Origin: Nitrosopumilus sp.
Lineage (GTDB): Archaea; Thermoproteota; Nitrososphaeria; Nitrososphaerales; Nitrosopumilaceae
Direction: 5' to 3'
Assembly: GCA_965197525.1 (NCBI GenBank)
Contig: OZ240211.1
Location: 576,001 to 640,000 of the forward strand
DNA: 64,000 nt
The notes under the pieces were generated by a model. The model searched no databases. It was not told the DNA's origin and worked only from the letters and a program-made list of their open reading frames with translations. Below are positions 28,993 through 39,174 of the stretch, piece by piece (the first letter of the stretch is position 1; every line of letters begins with the position of its first letter). A program made the translations under genes and the position numbers.

Positions 28993-29820
28993 CTATTCTT
29001 CTTCTTCTTTGGATTTCCAAATTACGCGTTGTGGAAAGGGGATCTCTATACCTGCTTTGTCCAAAGCGCGTTTTATCACTTTGAGCATGAGGGGTTGGGC
29101 CTGACTCCAATCAGATACAGGGTGCCAAACAAATACACGAATATTGACACTCGAATCAGCTAATTCTTCGATTCTAAACTCAGGTGCAGGTATAACCAAA
29201 ACAAAAGGCATTGAGAGCCTAATCTCGGTCTTGATTGCAGATATGGCATCATCAATATCATGATTGTAGGCGATTCCTACTACAGCGTCAGACCGCCTGA
29301 CGACTGACAAGGCAAAGGAACGAATATTGGCCGTAAAGAATTTTTCGTTGGGAATTCTAATTACAGTTCCATCAAACATTCGAACTCTGCTAGAAAAGGT
29401 TGCAATATCCAACAGAGTTCCGGTGACTCCCATATCTGGAATCTGTATGGAATCTCCATGTTTGGCAGGTTTTTCAATCATCAAAAAGACCCCGGATATC
29501 AAATTTGATATTACAGATTGCGTTGCAAATCCTATCACAACTGCAAAGATTCCGCCTGCTACCAGCAAGCCAGAAAAGTCAATACCCTGACTAGATGTAA
29601 ATACTAAAAATGAGATAATGATTATTCCAAAATAAATAATCTTGCCGAAATTTTTTGCAGTGTCTTTAGGAAGTGTGGGAGCATAATATCTAAAAAACAA
29701 CATCTGGATAATTTTTGCAATGGTTATTCCAACTGCCATAATTATTCCACCAAGCAATAAAGAGAGAACAGTTAATCCGCCTGTAATCTCCATTGCAGAT
29801 AAACTTTGGAATATGTCCAT
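28993..29820 (-). CDS. mscS: Small-conductance mechanosensitive channel
   Basis: GFATQSVISNLISGVFL, DGTVIRIPNE, GIEIPFPQR. Confidence 0.92.
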   Translation of the reverse strand: MDIFQSLSAMEITGGLTVLSLLLGGIIMAVGITIAKIIQMLFFRYYAPTLPKDTAKNFGKIIYFGIIIISFLVFTSSQGIDFSGLLVAGGIFAVVIGFATQSVISNLISGVFLMIEKPAKHGDSIQIPDMGVTGTLLDIATFSSRVRMFDGTVIRIPNEKFFTANIRSFALSVVRRSDAVVGIAYNHDIDDAISAIKTEIRLSMPFVLVIPAPEFRIEELADSSVNIRVFVWHPVSDWSQAQPLMLKVIKRALDKAGIEIPFPQRVIWKSKEEEE

Positions 29821-29821
29821 A

Positions 29822-30589
29822 CTAGTCTAGCTCCATCTCCATAATAGTGTTAGATGTACTCTTCTCCCAAGTAGGGGATTTTGTCCAATCAGTATCAAGT
29901 GGTTCAACTTTGATGTCAGCAATATTAACTAGTCCTCGTTTCCGCATTATAACTTTGATACTGCCAATAACAGATTCGGAATTTTTATAGTAAATGGAAT
30001 TATCAGTAATTGGAAAGACAACTTTGTCTACCGCTTGATCAGAATTTAACTGATTTTCTATGGTTATCTTCATCATTGCCTTAAGATATGCAGTATTATC
30101 AAAACTCTCAAATGTGCGTACAGTAGTGTTAGCATACCTGCATAAAAATCCAGTATCAGTAGATCCATGCAAGGCAAATCTAGAATTTACAGGATCGCAG
30201 GTTATACAATCAAGTGAATCATGATTAGAGTCATGCATCAAAAATACGCCTATCTCAATGGGGCATTCAACGAAGATATTGATGACAGACTTGTCACGCA
30301 GATAGATCTCTTTGTCAAATTGTAAAAAGACATAATTGCCACGCCTAGCAGGATAGTTCAACGGTCTAATAGGCGCAACCTCGATGCCAAGATTATCAGT
30401 TGCTACAGGGATAATCTTTTCTACTGTTGTGCCTTGAGCATCTTCTCTAGAGTAGGAGAATGTGTGCTTGTCAATTCGTTTTATCGCTATTGTGGCGTTT
30501 AGAAGATTTAAATCCAAAGTATCGCTTATCTTATAAACACCGTATGGGGAAGAACCATCCTTCTCTTTCCCATTTAGATTCTCATCCAT
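29822..30589 (-). CDS. DUF432-like protein
   Basis: FVECPIEIGVF, GFLCRY pattern; operonic with mscS. Confidence 0.65.
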   Translation of the reverse strand: MDENLNGKEKDGSSPYGVYKISDTLDLNLLNATIAIKRIDKHTFSYSREDAQGTTVEKIIPVATDNLGIEVAPIRPLNYPARRGNYVFLQFDKEIYLRDKSVINIFVECPIEIGVFLMHDSNHDSLDCITCDPVNSRFALHGSTDTGFLCRYANTTVRTFESFDNTAYLKAMMKITIENQLNSDQAVDKVVFPITDNSIYYKNSESVIGSIKVIMRKRGLVNIADIKVEPLDTDWTKSPTWEKSTSNTIMEMELD

Positions 30590-30655
30590 CTCTTTGATTA
30601 TGTTCCAAGCGTTAATTTATGCTATGCTATGCCAATGTGTGACCCTATACCAGAA

Positions 30656-31864
30656 TTAAAAAAAATCAGATAACAGTCGCTGACGCATCAGCTCAAAGAT
30701 ATTACAGTGCAAAAACCACTGGGTCTTGTCAATACCTGTTTGGGTACATGCGTATGTTATTGCATCTGTAAGATCATCTCTAATTACAGGGTCTTGAGTC
30801 ATGGCCTCACGAACACCTTCTCTGACTTGCCATACACCAACAGGAATAATGTATTCAGGCTTTATCTCTCGCAGTATGATAACGCCTGCTTGAATTTGAT
30901 GTTTAGATAGATACTCTAAAACACCTAATCTGGCAGCATGAAAAGCGCCTGCTGTTTGAGGTGGATTATGATTAATGCCGCGGGCATTCTCACAGTCTGA
31001 ACCAAATCCCAAAATACCATTATCAGAGTGCCATGCCTCAACGAACTCGTATATCCATCTATGAGGAAACAAGACTATACAAAAAATATTTCCATAATGT
31101 GTATAATAGAAAACGCGAAATGAATCTATAAGAGGATAGTCAAGTATGTCATTTACAAGAGATTGGCATATGATACTATCAGTTGCAGTAATACTCCATC
31201 TAGTAGGGACGAGTTTCCTCTCTTTACCCAACATCCCCACACTAAAACATTTTTGAATCTTTGAGACATCCACCCCGGCATTGTATAAATTTAAAACAGC
31301 ATCTGATGCCCCAAGATCAGAGTCATAGTATGTGTTCTCAATTGCATTAAGAGGTGATGCTGCAGAGAATTTTGCAGACTTTATTTCGCCTACGGGTCCA
31401 AAAGGCGCACTATGAGCATCAAAGGTGATATTGTTGGAAGATACGGGTTTTTGAAATACCAGATCAGAGTCAATAGACTTGGATGACATTACCATCTCTT
31501 GTAAATTCTCAATGTAGCGCCCGTCAGTGGCATCGGCCCGAATCTTTTGAATGCCACGTACAAGATTTAACCTAAAATTGATTATATCCCTAAGCGACAT
31601 GCCTTTCCACCTCTCAGGACTGTCAAACATACTGGTATCATCACCGTGAATTGGCGGAACAAGTGGACCCACCGTAACTTGAGGATAGTTATATGATCCT
31701 ACAAATACTGAAGGAGGACTAGTGCCACTAAGGGAGTCAGATGAGAATCTAGTACTTGAATTAGACAAAGTCTCATACCATCTGGCTTGAAGCATATGTC
31801 GTATATCTTTGGAATCAGATGACATTATACTTGTATAGAAAACAGTCTTAATAACATATGTCAT
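30656..31864 (-). CDS. nreA: Nre-family archaeal DNA repair protein
   Basis: SPPSVFVGSYNYP, LVPTRWSITATD, PVGVWQVRE; C-terminal PIP box QRLLSDFF. Confidence 0.88.
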   Translation of the reverse strand: MTYVIKTVFYTSIMSSDSKDIRHMLQARWYETLSNSSTRFSSDSLSGTSPPSVFVGSYNYPQVTVGPLVPPIHGDDTSMFDSPERWKGMSLRDIINFRLNLVRGIQKIRADATDGRYIENLQEMVMSSKSIDSDLVFQKPVSSNNITFDAHSAPFGPVGEIKSAKFSAASPLNAIENTYYDSDLGASDAVLNLYNAGVDVSKIQKCFSVGMLGKERKLVPTRWSITATDSIICQSLVNDILDYPLIDSFRVFYYTHYGNIFCIVLFPHRWIYEFVEAWHSDNGILGFGSDCENARGINHNPPQTAGAFHAARLGVLEYLSKHQIQAGVIILREIKPEYIIPVGVWQVREGVREAMTQDPVIRDDLTDAITYACTQTGIDKTQWFLHCNIFELMRQRLLSDFF

Positions 31865-31882
31865 AAATGTACAAATTATAGT

Positions 31883-32845
31883 ATGATCTTAAAGAATGAA
31901 GAAGAAAAAGAAGGTATGCCAATAAACAGAATAGTCTCCTTATTACCTAGTGCAACAGAACTAGTGTACGCATTAGGAGTGCAAGACAAACTGTATGGGG
32001 TCACTCATCAGTGTAGATATCCAGATGATGCACTACTAAAACCACGAGTAGTAAACACGGTAATAGACTCAGAGGCGTTAACAAGTAAAGAGATTGATAC
32101 TACCACCTGCAAGCTGTTAGAAGAAGGCAAAGAGATCTTTTTGTTACACGAGAAGAATATGATAGATGCAAAGCCAGAGTTAATTATTTCACAAAATACT
32201 TGCAATGTTTGTGCACCGTATCAAGATATAGTAGATAAGGCAGTAAAATTACTGGATGTAAAACCAATGGTATTGGAGATGGATCCGCACAATATAACAG
32301 AGATACTGGATTCTGTAAGAGAGTTAGGCAGCATACTGAAAAGAGATACACAGGCAGCGGGGCTAGTCCACACACTTCAAGAGCGAATAAGACGCATCAA
32401 AAGATCTCATAATGAGACACCTAGAGTATTAGGAATAGAATGGATAGAACCGTTTTTTAGTGCAGGCCATTGGGTTCCTGAAATGATACAGATTGCAGGA
32501 GGAACAAGCATAAAGAGTAAGACAGGCACAAGATCAAACAGATTAGACATCAACGAAATAGTACAACAAGACCCGGAGATCATCGTCCTTATGCCATGCG
32601 GTTTTAACACACAAAGAACAGTATCAGAGTATAACCGAGTTTTAAGACATGACGCGCTGTGGAATACTCTGAACGCAGTTAAAAATGATAATGTCTTTGC
32701 AGTTGATGCAAACTCGTTTTTTAGTAAACCAAGCATACGAACCATGCAAGGAATAGAGATTCTAGCAAAGATCATTCATCCAAAAAAGTTTGAAGACTTG
32801 ATAGTTCCAAATGATGCATTTGTACACATTAAAGACCACACATGA
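31883..32845 (+). CDS. Cobalamin/Fe-siderophore ABC substrate-binding protein (BtuF-like)
   Basis: RIVSLLPSATE, VTHQC.YP, EWIEPFFSAGHWVPEMI. Confidence 0.85.
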   Translation: MILKNEEEKEGMPINRIVSLLPSATELVYALGVQDKLYGVTHQCRYPDDALLKPRVVNTVIDSEALTSKEIDTTTCKLLEEGKEIFLLHEKNMIDAKPELIISQNTCNVCAPYQDIVDKAVKLLDVKPMVLEMDPHNITEILDSVRELGSILKRDTQAAGLVHTLQERIRRIKRSHNETPRVLGIEWIEPFFSAGHWVPEMIQIAGGTSIKSKTGTRSNRLDINEIVQQDPEIIVLMPCGFNTQRTVSEYNRVLRHDALWNTLNAVKNDNVFAVDANSFFSKPSIRTMQGIEILAKIIHPKKFEDLIVPNDAFVHIKDHT

Positions 32846-32902
32846 TGTCAGACGATACCATGCAACAGATGCAGCAAAACTATGTCAAAACATCTCTGCA
32901 GA

Positions 32903-34114
32903 CTATTTTTGCACTGCACTAACTAGTGACACAATATCCCTATCACGCAATTGATAGTCAGTTGGCAATCTCAGATTATACCTGATATCTTTTCCATATA
33001 GTAGTCCCTTTATCAGGTCAGTGTGAATCTCTTTTGCAAGATCACTTATTGTGGCACCATCCTTTAGCAAGATCAGGTCAGGGAGCACTCTGCCATTTTT
33101 ATCAGCAAGATTCTTTGCGTCAGCAACAGGGTATATCGAATTCATCTTTAGTAGTTTAAAGACTGCAATATTGATCGCAAATTGGACACCTGTTCGCATG
33201 TATTCACCCATGATTCCTTTTTTGATAAAATTAAGCGCATCTATCTGCTTTGTATTGAGTTGATCCGGTTTTAGAATGGTAAACTCTTCAGAACCCGGAG
33301 AGTATTTTATCAAACCCTTCTGCTCTGCACGTCTTAGACTAAACTCACTGTCTCCACTTACAGGTATCACAATGGAGTCATTATAACGTTCTTGTAGTCT
33401 AGCAAAGTTTTTTTCTGCGCCATCGACATCAACTTTGTTTGCTACAATAAGCGTGGGTTTTGAAATCTTTCGCAAATATTGTGCAAATTTTTTGGTATCA
33501 GTCATATCAAAATTATCAAACGGTTTGTCGACAAGACCGGTTGCTGTAAGTGCGTCGTGTACGTGATGTTTTTTGACACCAATTCCTCGATAGAGATCAG
33601 TTATAGCATCAGAGATATCAGAACTAGTTTTCACTAGCTTGGATACTTTATCCCTATTACCTTCGAGAATTTTATGATACCACATGATAAGCTCCTCTTC
33701 AATATCTGCAAAATCAGATATAGGATCACCGGTTCCAACCTTAGTTATCTTACCTGTAGAATCAATTCCGCCTGATGCATCAACTACATGTAACAACGCA
33801 TCAGACTGTGCTGCAATGGATAAAAACTGGTTTCCAAGACCTTTGCCTTTCCAGGCATCTTTGATTAAACCAGGTAAATCAATTAGATCTATTGGTATGT
33901 ATCTCCAACCATCAACGCATTTTGAGTTGTTAGGATTATCTTGAATCTTAAATTCAGGATGTACACATAGTGTGATTGCATGTGCTGTTCCAGAGACAGG
34001 TGATTTAGTGGTAAACGGATATGATGAAATTTTTTCAGATGACATGGTAGCAGAATTAAAAAACGTGGTTTTTCCAGTATTGGTTTTACCAATTAATCCA
34101 AGTCTTATAGGCAT
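32903..34114 (-). CDS. ychF: Obg-family ATPase YchF
   Basis: GKTNTGKTT, YPFTT, DLPGL..DA.KGKGLGNQFL, ANKVD; C-terminal TGS. Confidence 0.9.
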   Translation of the reverse strand: MPIRLGLIGKTNTGKTTFFNSATMSSEKISSYPFTTKSPVSGTAHAITLCVHPEFKIQDNPNNSKCVDGWRYIPIDLIDLPGLIKDAWKGKGLGNQFLSIAAQSDALLHVVDASGGIDSTGKITKVGTGDPISDFADIEEELIMWYHKILEGNRDKVSKLVKTSSDISDAITDLYRGIGVKKHHVHDALTATGLVDKPFDNFDMTDTKKFAQYLRKISKPTLIVANKVDVDGAEKNFARLQERYNDSIVIPVSGDSEFSLRRAEQKGLIKYSPGSEEFTILKPDQLNTKQIDALNFIKKGIMGEYMRTGVQFAINIAVFKLLKMNSIYPVADAKNLADKNGRVLPDLILLKDGATISDLAKEIHTDLIKGLLYGKDIRYNLRLPTDYQLRDRDIVSLVSAVQK

Positions 34115-34319
34115 GATAGCAATATAGTTATCACACTAGAATATTTATCTCTGCCTAAGTTCAGAGTACCCAACATGTTATTTAGATGGCACATACTAAA
34201 AGAAAAGAACAGAACAAGACGTAAATTGTTTGATGATCATAGAGTTGTTTTAGGAAGATAAAGACATGGAATTTACAAAATGGTAAAATAATGAAATAAA
34301 ATACAAGAAAAAATCACCA

Positions 34320-35474
34320 TCATGCTATTGTAACATCCAAGACATCAAATCTTGTGCATTCACATGGAACGTCAAGAATTTGTGACACGCCAAGTGTAAA
34401 TTCATCACCTGTTACAAACCGCTTTATTGGAAGACCACCTTGGACATGGACGAGCAGGATAAACGTATTCCTAGAGGTTTTTCTATATTTTAAAGAAAAG
34501 ATCTTTCTCTCATAGCGCTTGCCTGATTTATCATAAAATATTGCAGGCTCCTTTGGAAGATTTTTGAGATTTTTGAGAGTATGAGAGTTAATAGTTTGAG
34601 ATGGAGCAACAGTAACAGTGACATACAGACGCACTACTGAGTTGAATCGTAGTGGCACAGTTGGAGATTTTGGAACTAGTTTAAGATTAGTAATAGCAAC
34701 AGAGTCAGTACATTTATCAGATATGGTAAGAACTCGTCTAGATGGATTTTTAATCTTGACAAAAAACGGTCTGCCACTTCCTAAAACGAGACTAGAGTCA
34801 TCCTCTCCTCCAATCCAAGTGAATTTTGCAGTACTGCCACCGAAATGCTCAAAGATAAATTGAGAGATTACACCCTCGACACTGTTAAATTCAGTAATTC
34901 CATGAAGATGACACGTTTTGCATCCTCGTCCATGGCAGTTATTGCATGGCTTTTGCTTTTGTGTAAACCCTTTCTGTGTTTTAGTATATCTACCAGATAT
35001 AGTAATAGATTTTGATCGTATCTCACATGATTCATCCTTAAAATTCAATATCATAGTAATGTCAGGATCAATATGATCAACTGGTTTTTTTGTCTTTTTA
35101 GAGAACATCTTTACCAACTCTTTTGTAATGTCAGTCTTTATACTGTCTACACCTTTTAGCTTGTATTGAGAACGGATATAATCATCTCTATCAACAATCG
35201 ATGGTTTAATCATGGCGCCCACACTAAACGATGTGTATTGATAATTTGTAGAGCAGGCAAGCATCAATTCTAAAAACTTATTCATGCAAGAAAACAAATC
35301 TTTGCATATGTAACACCGGCCTATAGAATCAGAATGTTGTAGTTTTTTGCCAAGAAGTTTGTTTGATGATAGATGCAAACTCTTGGAGAACAATCTGCCA
35401 AGGCAGTAATTACACATATTATGTTTTGCCAGGATTGTGTTTGCAATTGGAACAATTTTCGTATAACCAAACAT
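34320..35474 (-). CDS. pus10: tRNA pseudouridine synthase Pus10
   Basis: CNYCLGR, GGEDDSSLVLGSGRPF, QGGLPIKRFV. Confidence 0.85.
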   Translation of the reverse strand: MFGYTKIVPIANTILAKHNMCNYCLGRLFSKSLHLSSNKLLGKKLQHSDSIGRCYICKDLFSCMNKFLELMLACSTNYQYTSFSVGAMIKPSIVDRDDYIRSQYKLKGVDSIKTDITKELVKMFSKKTKKPVDHIDPDITMILNFKDESCEIRSKSITISGRYTKTQKGFTQKQKPCNNCHGRGCKTCHLHGITEFNSVEGVISQFIFEHFGGSTAKFTWIGGEDDSSLVLGSGRPFFVKIKNPSRRVLTISDKCTDSVAITNLKLVPKSPTVPLRFNSVVRLYVTVTVAPSQTINSHTLKNLKNLPKEPAIFYDKSGKRYERKIFSLKYRKTSRNTFILLVHVQGGLPIKRFVTGDEFTLGVSQILDVPCECTRFDVLDVTIA

Positions 35475-35490
35475 ATTTGACAGCCTGCCA

Positions 35491-36816
35491 TTATCCTAAG
35501 CCTAGCTTTCTTAGGGTGCCTTTCATTTGACGGCCTTTGGAAGATTTCATTAAATGTTTAGAGGCATTGTAATTTTTCACCAATTCTTTGACCTCTCCTT
35601 CAGGCCATCCGGAGCCGCGAGCAATCCTAGTATATCGTGATTTGTTTAACAGAGCAGGATTAGCTTTCTCTTCTTTTGTCATACTTTGAATGATATATCG
35701 CCATTTTGAAACTCTTCCTTCCATTTGACTGAGTTGGTCAGTCTTTACCATACCAGAGAGGCTAGGCATACTATCGACTAGTCCTTGCAGAGAGCCAACT
35801 TTGGTTACCTCTTCGAGCTGGTAAAAAAAATCATCCATGTTCATCTTGCCACTGGTAATTCTTTGCATTCTCACATCATCACCTTCTTCTTCCAAACGTT
35901 TAGCTAAATCCAGAACTGCTTGAATATCGCCCAGTCCAAGCAATCTGCCAACAAATCTAGTCGATGAGAACTTTTCTAAATCATCAATTCGCTCACCTGT
36001 TCCAATGTACATTATTTGAGCACCGGTAGCAGTTGATGCTGCAAGCGCACCTCCGCCTTTGGCAGAGCTGTCCAATTTTGTAACTATGACACCTCCTACA
36101 GGAATGGTTTTGTGGAATGCCTCTGCCTGATTAAGACACTGTTGCCCTATTGTCCCATCAATTACCAGTAATGCTAAATCAGGCTGTGCAATATGGTTTA
36201 TCTGTTTCATCTCGTCAAGCAGGGTGTGTTCTTCTTTGTGGCGACCTGCAGTATCAATTAAGATAATATCTGTTGGTTTACCTGCAAAATGCTTTAGTCC
36301 GTTTTTTACAATATCCGGAGAATCTTTATTGTTTTCTTCACCATACACCTCTACATGTGATTTGTCACACATGGTTTTGAGTTGAACCAAAGCCCCTGGT
36401 CTGTGGGTATCAGCACCAATAACGCCTACTTTGTATCCTTGTCTGGTTAAAAACCTAGCAAGTTTTGATGCAACAGTAGTCTTGCCACTGCCTTGAATTC
36501 CCAAGAGAACAATCTTGTTCTGTTTTCCTGGTTGAAAATCAAAGTCTGACTCTTTGCCCAGTAATTTTGATAGCTCATCGTGAAGAATCTTTACAATATG
36601 ATCCTTACGGGACAGTCCCGGTGGCGGAACTTCGTTTATTGCCCTATCCTCCAACCGTTCAGTGATTTTGAGGATAAGGTGTATGTTAACGTCAGCTGCA
36701 ATCAATGCTTTTTGAACATCGTTTGCAAGTTCCTTGATTAGATCTTTGTCCACCCCTGATGATTTTACAATCTTTTTGATTGCAGCACCAAGGCTGGTCT
36801 TTAGGTTATCAAGCAT
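35491..36816 (-). CDS. srp54: Signal recognition particle protein SRP54
   Basis: GIQGSGKTT, DTAGRH, TKLD, M-domain IARGSG. Confidence 0.97.
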   Translation of the reverse strand: MLDNLKTSLGAAIKKIVKSSGVDKDLIKELANDVQKALIAADVNIHLILKITERLEDRAINEVPPPGLSRKDHIVKILHDELSKLLGKESDFDFQPGKQNKIVLLGIQGSGKTTVASKLARFLTRQGYKVGVIGADTHRPGALVQLKTMCDKSHVEVYGEENNKDSPDIVKNGLKHFAGKPTDIILIDTAGRHKEEHTLLDEMKQINHIAQPDLALLVIDGTIGQQCLNQAEAFHKTIPVGGVIVTKLDSSAKGGGALAASTATGAQIMYIGTGERIDDLEKFSSTRFVGRLLGLGDIQAVLDLAKRLEEEGDDVRMQRITSGKMNMDDFFYQLEEVTKVGSLQGLVDSMPSLSGMVKTDQLSQMEGRVSKWRYIIQSMTKEEKANPALLNKSRYTRIARGSGWPEGEVKELVKNYNASKHLMKSSKGRQMKGTLRKLGLG

Positions 36817-37495
36817 GATAATTCAATTCCGCGTCCACTATTTCAAACCTTCCCCTATATCCGTCCCAGTTTTTTTGAGACTGTTTTATCTTTATTGAAT
36901 GTGTGAATAAAGGACAGTCAATTACAAACGTCTCTGCCTCACCTCCTTCAAAATTCAAGTTAAATCCAAATTTTGCAGATAGGCGTGATAGGGTTTGTAC
37001 ATCCTCTGCTGTAAGGATTCGTCCCAACCATGAATCATCCAATCCATCAGATGATACACTAGTCATCATAAAATCAAATCTTTGGACTAGTTGAGTCATA
37101 TATTCGAGTGGAGGCACGCCCCATAACGGTGATACGGCAGTTAGATTTAGTTTAGAGCATATGTCCCCAAATTTCTTTTTTTGAAATTGGCTCTTTATTC
37201 CACCATGAACCAGTCCTGAAATGTCAAACTGTTGTTTTGCATTCTGAATCAAATCTTCGAGGATGCAGATCTCTTTGTCAGTATCATCAGAGTCACACGT
37301 TGCCACTAGTTGAGGAATCCCCATAGACTGAGATTGTAGTTTTGTCCACTTGATATTTGGGTGGTGTAACAGATGGCTCTCACCAGAACTAGGGAACAGA
37401 CTTAGTAGACATGTAATGGTATGACCCTGATTTTGTGCTTGATATATTGCAGAGGTACTGTCCTTTCCACCTGAAAAGAGTGATGCTAGATTCAT
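36809..37495 (-). CDS. dph6: Diphthine--ammonia ligase
   Basis: SLFSGGKDS, FEGGEAET. Confidence 0.9.
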   Translation of the reverse strand: MNLASLFSGGKDSTSAIYQAQNQGHTITCLLSLFPSSGESHLLHHPNIKWTKLQSQSMGIPQLVATCDSDDTDKEICILEDLIQNAKQQFDISGLVHGGIKSQFQKKKFGDICSKLNLTAVSPLWGVPPLEYMTQLVQRFDFMMTSVSSDGLDDSWLGRILTAEDVQTLSRLSAKFGFNLNFEGGEAETFVIDCPLFTHSIKIKQSQKNWDGYRGRFEIVDAELNYHA

Positions 37496-37689
37496 GATGA
37501 TATGATCGTTATGAAAGAAATTATGATAATAATGTATGGTAATAATTGTTGGCAGGTTAAATGAATGTAAAAATATGATGCTTCATAACTCATAATCCTC
37601 ATCAACATTCAGATGGCCTAATGCCCATTAGCATATAGTAGCCATCAGCATTCAGATGGCTTTTCCGCTCATCATCAGCATCATCTCTA

Positions 37690-38100
37690 TTAGTTCTTTA
37701 TACGCATGATTTTAATTTTGTCCATAACGACCCAATATTCCACATTCTGCCCGTTATCCAATTTACCTTTGACCTCATCATCAATCAGACTAACATCAAT
37801 AGTCTCAAACGTTTCAGAGTCCATAATTTGAACCAGGTCACCGTTGATGGATATAATCTGGCCGACTTTTTTGTTAATCATGGGAACGTGAATCTGCATA
37901 CTGACAGGACCTACGTGAGGTCTCTTTTGACCATCAAAGATTCCCTCGGCCACAATCCGTGCTTTGGCTGCACCGTGTTTACCGGGTTTTGATGTATCGT
38001 ACTCTACAATTCGGCACGGTTCCCCACTTGGTTGATCAGAGTGAGGTAACAGAATATAGGAGCCAATCTTTAATGAACCAAGATCAGATGGTTTGCTCAT
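37690..38100 (-). CDS. eif5a: Translation factor eIF5A
   Basis: SKPGKHGAAKAR hypusine motif. Confidence 0.97.
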   Translation of the reverse strand: MSKPSDLGSLKIGSYILLPHSDQPSGEPCRIVEYDTSKPGKHGAAKARIVAEGIFDGQKRPHVGPVSMQIHVPMINKKVGQIISINGDLVQIMDSETFETIDVSLIDDEVKGKLDNGQNVEYWVVMDKIKIMRIKN

Positions 38101-38179
38101 AAAAAAACTGATTTTACTTGAATGTTTTAAAGGTTTACACGTGAATTTTGGGGATTATATACATGGGTATACTTGGTTC

Positions 38180-38202
38180 GGTTCTGTTAACTTTCGAGGG
38201 GT
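38180..38202 (+). repeat. Orphan IS6-type terminal repeat
   Basis: GGTTCTGTTAACTT is identical to the first 14 nt of the 7727 TIR; no complete partner found. Confidence 0.6.
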
Positions 38203-38215
38203 AATCTAACTTTGA

Positions 38216-38653
38216 TTATCTTAAATCCGCCTTGTAAATGTGATCTTTGAGATCGGTTGTGTTGGTATCGATCAAAGCGGATATTTCCTTATGTTCTTGT
38301 TGTGTTGGCTCTCTTTTATACCACTGTTGAAAATAAGACAATGCAGCACATTTAAGAAAACCTATACCTACACCATATTGAAAATCTCTATTGTTTTGAA
38401 TTAGTGGTTCGTTAGTTATTGGATCCTTGATATTTGTTACTGTAGTTGGAGGTTTGCTGGATATCAAATCTTTTTGAAGTTTTTGTGTAACTTCTTCTAT
38501 CAAGGCCTTGGTAAAATCTAGTTTTAACTCAGTCAACAGAGTATTTTTTCTTGTGTTGTTTAATATCTTCTTCGGTGTACATATGAAAACAGTTGCCAGC
38601 CCATTCCATGCATGCTTGAATCCATTCTGGTGTAGGTGGTTCTGCCATATCAA
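38216..38653 (-). CDS. Hypothetical cargo protein
   Basis: ORF directly inside the orphan IS6-type end. Confidence 0.5.
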   Translation of the reverse strand: MIWQNHLHQNGFKHAWNGLATVFICTPKKILNNTRKNTLLTELKLDFTKALIEEVTQKLQKDLISSKPPTTVTNIKDPITNEPLIQNNRDFQYGVGIGFLKCAALSYFQQWYKREPTQQEHKEISALIDTNTTDLKDHIYKADLR

Positions 38654-38798
38654 AAAACAATCATACCAAGTTAAAGGTATTATTTTATGATTTCATCAAG
38701 GCTTGCATTCTGAATTATGGTTTTCCATTTGTTGTCGCCTTTGATTCTAAAACAAATAATGTCATAATTGTTGTTGTAGTTACCTCGTGCGTTTCATA

Positions 38799-38993
38799 TT
38801 AGTCCACCGTAATTTTGTTGCCCTTGATTCTGAACGTTACCTTGTCAGGCTCGCCTAGCATATCCACTATCGGTTTTGGTACTATGCACATCGATCCTCT
38901 GGATCTGTCAATGAACAGGCTTACCGTAAACTCCGTCTCGTCCTTCTTCCATCTTGTCATAATATTCCTGAATGTTAGTGTTATATTAACCAT
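38799..38993 (-). CDS. AbrB-like small DNA-binding protein
   Basis: CIVPKPIVDMLGEPDKVTFRIKGNKITV; start probably MTRWKKD. Confidence 0.75.
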   Translation of the reverse strand: MVNITLTFRNIMTRWKKDETEFTVSLFIDRSRGSMCIVPKPIVDMLGEPDKVTFRIKGNKITVD

Positions 38994-39039
38994 ATGGTTA
39001 AAGTAATGTTAATATAACCCTAAGGATAATATTATTCAT

Positions 39040-39125
39040 GACAGGATTGCTTAGCAAGGTTAAAGCGACAGATTCAGAATCTGTGTCTCTCGCCGAGATC
39101 GTGGGTTCGAATCCCACTCCTGTCG
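39040..39125 (+). tRNA. Class II tRNA with CAG anticodon and Ser-like identity (G73)
   Basis: Acceptor GACAGGA/TCCTGTC; D-arm GCTT..GG..AAGC; anticodon stem ACAGA/TCTGT with loop TTCAGAA; long variable arm; T-arm GTGGG-TTCGAAT-CCCAC; discriminator G. Confidence 0.85.
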
Positions 39126-39174
39126 CTACTTTTGATTCTTTTTGTGTTATATTAATTTTTGAGGTGTCAGCGAT

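Noticed and set aside
39073-39079. tRNA-Sec / UGA suppressor (TCA anticodon)
   Set aside because: With a 5-bp stem and 7-nt loop the central triplet is CAG, and the structure is 7/5, not the long Sec acceptor/T-arm layout.
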